This document shows, one piece after another, positions 63,047 through 64,000 of a DNA stretch of 64,000 nucleotides. The notes below the pieces were generated by a model. The model saw only the letters and a program-made list of their open reading frames with translations. It was not told the DNA's origin and did no database searches. The DNA is from Utricularia gibba (Eukaryota; Plantae; Magnoliophyta): contig NEEC01000004.1 in assembly GCA_002189035.1 (NCBI GenBank), forward strand, positions 5,208,001 to 5,272,000. The letters are read 5' to 3'. Position 1 is the stretch's first letter; every line of letters starts with the position of its first letter. A program made the translations under genes and the position numbers.

Positions 63047-64000
63047 CAACAGTTCACTAAAAGAAACCACTAAACATCAAGACACGAACTTCTGAAGTAA
63101 CAAAGAGTTAGGTCATTTTGAGATATCTTGAAAATCATAAATTGGAACTATTTTAAGAAGATCGGACGAGAATGTCCCTCACACCGCACGGTCAGCCGCC
63201 AACTAACCAAAAAATTATACAAAAATAGCAAATGTACAATCTGCAGGGATGGAACAACCCTCATTAGCTAGTGCCAGCACTGTTTTCATCTCAGGGCTCA
63301 TGAAGAAAAACTAAAAACAAGAGTAGAAGAGAAACACTCAGCAAGATCTGCACTCACTTGCCCAGAACGAAAATACACAAATTTCGATGGATTTTGGCAC
63401 AATGTCACTCAGATCTGATATTTTATACCTGGAATAAAACTTCCTAACTGAAATTTTACAATTTGATGATCCTACAGAAGGAGGAGGCCCAGAGGTTTAA
63501 AATAAGGGGACCTGCCCAGTCAGCCCGGAATTCACTGCAGTGACATAAAGCAAAGATGAAAAACCCTGTAGTTGCAATGAATTAAATGTGGATGAATTTC
63601 TGAAATTTGAAGTGAACTCATAAAAGGGGACCTTCCATGATTCCATGACAGCCAGCAACATAAAGTCCCCCTCTTTTCCTCTCTCCGTCTCTGTCTCTCC
63701 CTGGGTATGTTATCTTCCTTCTCCCTTATTCCCTTGTGCTGCACAATGAAGAAGATTAAGCTGCTGAATACGACTGCACGTACCAACTGCAGGAATTATC
63801 GTCACCTCCAATACCAATTATTTTCATTGATTTTTTCCCCCCTCGAGTCTTCATTTTTAAACTCGGCTTATTTCATTTATGCTAAAACTATATAACAAAA
63901 ATAGCAAAAACCCCAAAAAAAGCCAACTTAGATTTTATTGTTTTCGGTCATCCCCAAACGGCTTCCAATTTTCGTATCGTGTACGGAATTTTGCGGGGCT

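Overview
Gene-dense nuclear DNA of a eudicot plant, probably an asterid (Lamiales-like, inferred from the CYC2-type TCP gene); species not determinable. I can support about 18 protein-coding genes: a multi-repeat PIP-like secreted peptide precursor, euAP2, FPP7-like, F-box, remorin, KRP, CYC-like TCP, 6PGDH, GAUT9-like, SEC24C-like, organellar bL36, phage-type organellar RNA polymerase, RPS19, VTI1, NAC (ORE1/NAC100 group), CDF-type Dof, At5g19025-like and IQD. There is also one tRNA-Ile(AAT), three decayed loci (a DEAR/DREB-A5 gene interrupted by a 425-bp solo LTR, UMP1, alpha-tubulin) and Tourist-like MITEs. Most notable: (1) a secreted precursor with 8 tandem PIP-like peptides of two types, expanded by near-identical 69-bp units; (2) eroded miRNA sites in two canonical targets (miR172 site of AP2 outside the CDS and mutated; miR164 site of the NAC degraded); (3) a duplicated splice acceptor in RpoT; (4) an orphan MSA/TATA promoter. 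Single-base losses in short homopolymers in several otherwise conserved genes, including RPS19, suggest assembly indel errors, so isolated frameshifts should not be read as pseudogenisation. No tools or database searches were used; family calls and Arabidopsis synteny come from motif recognition and memory.
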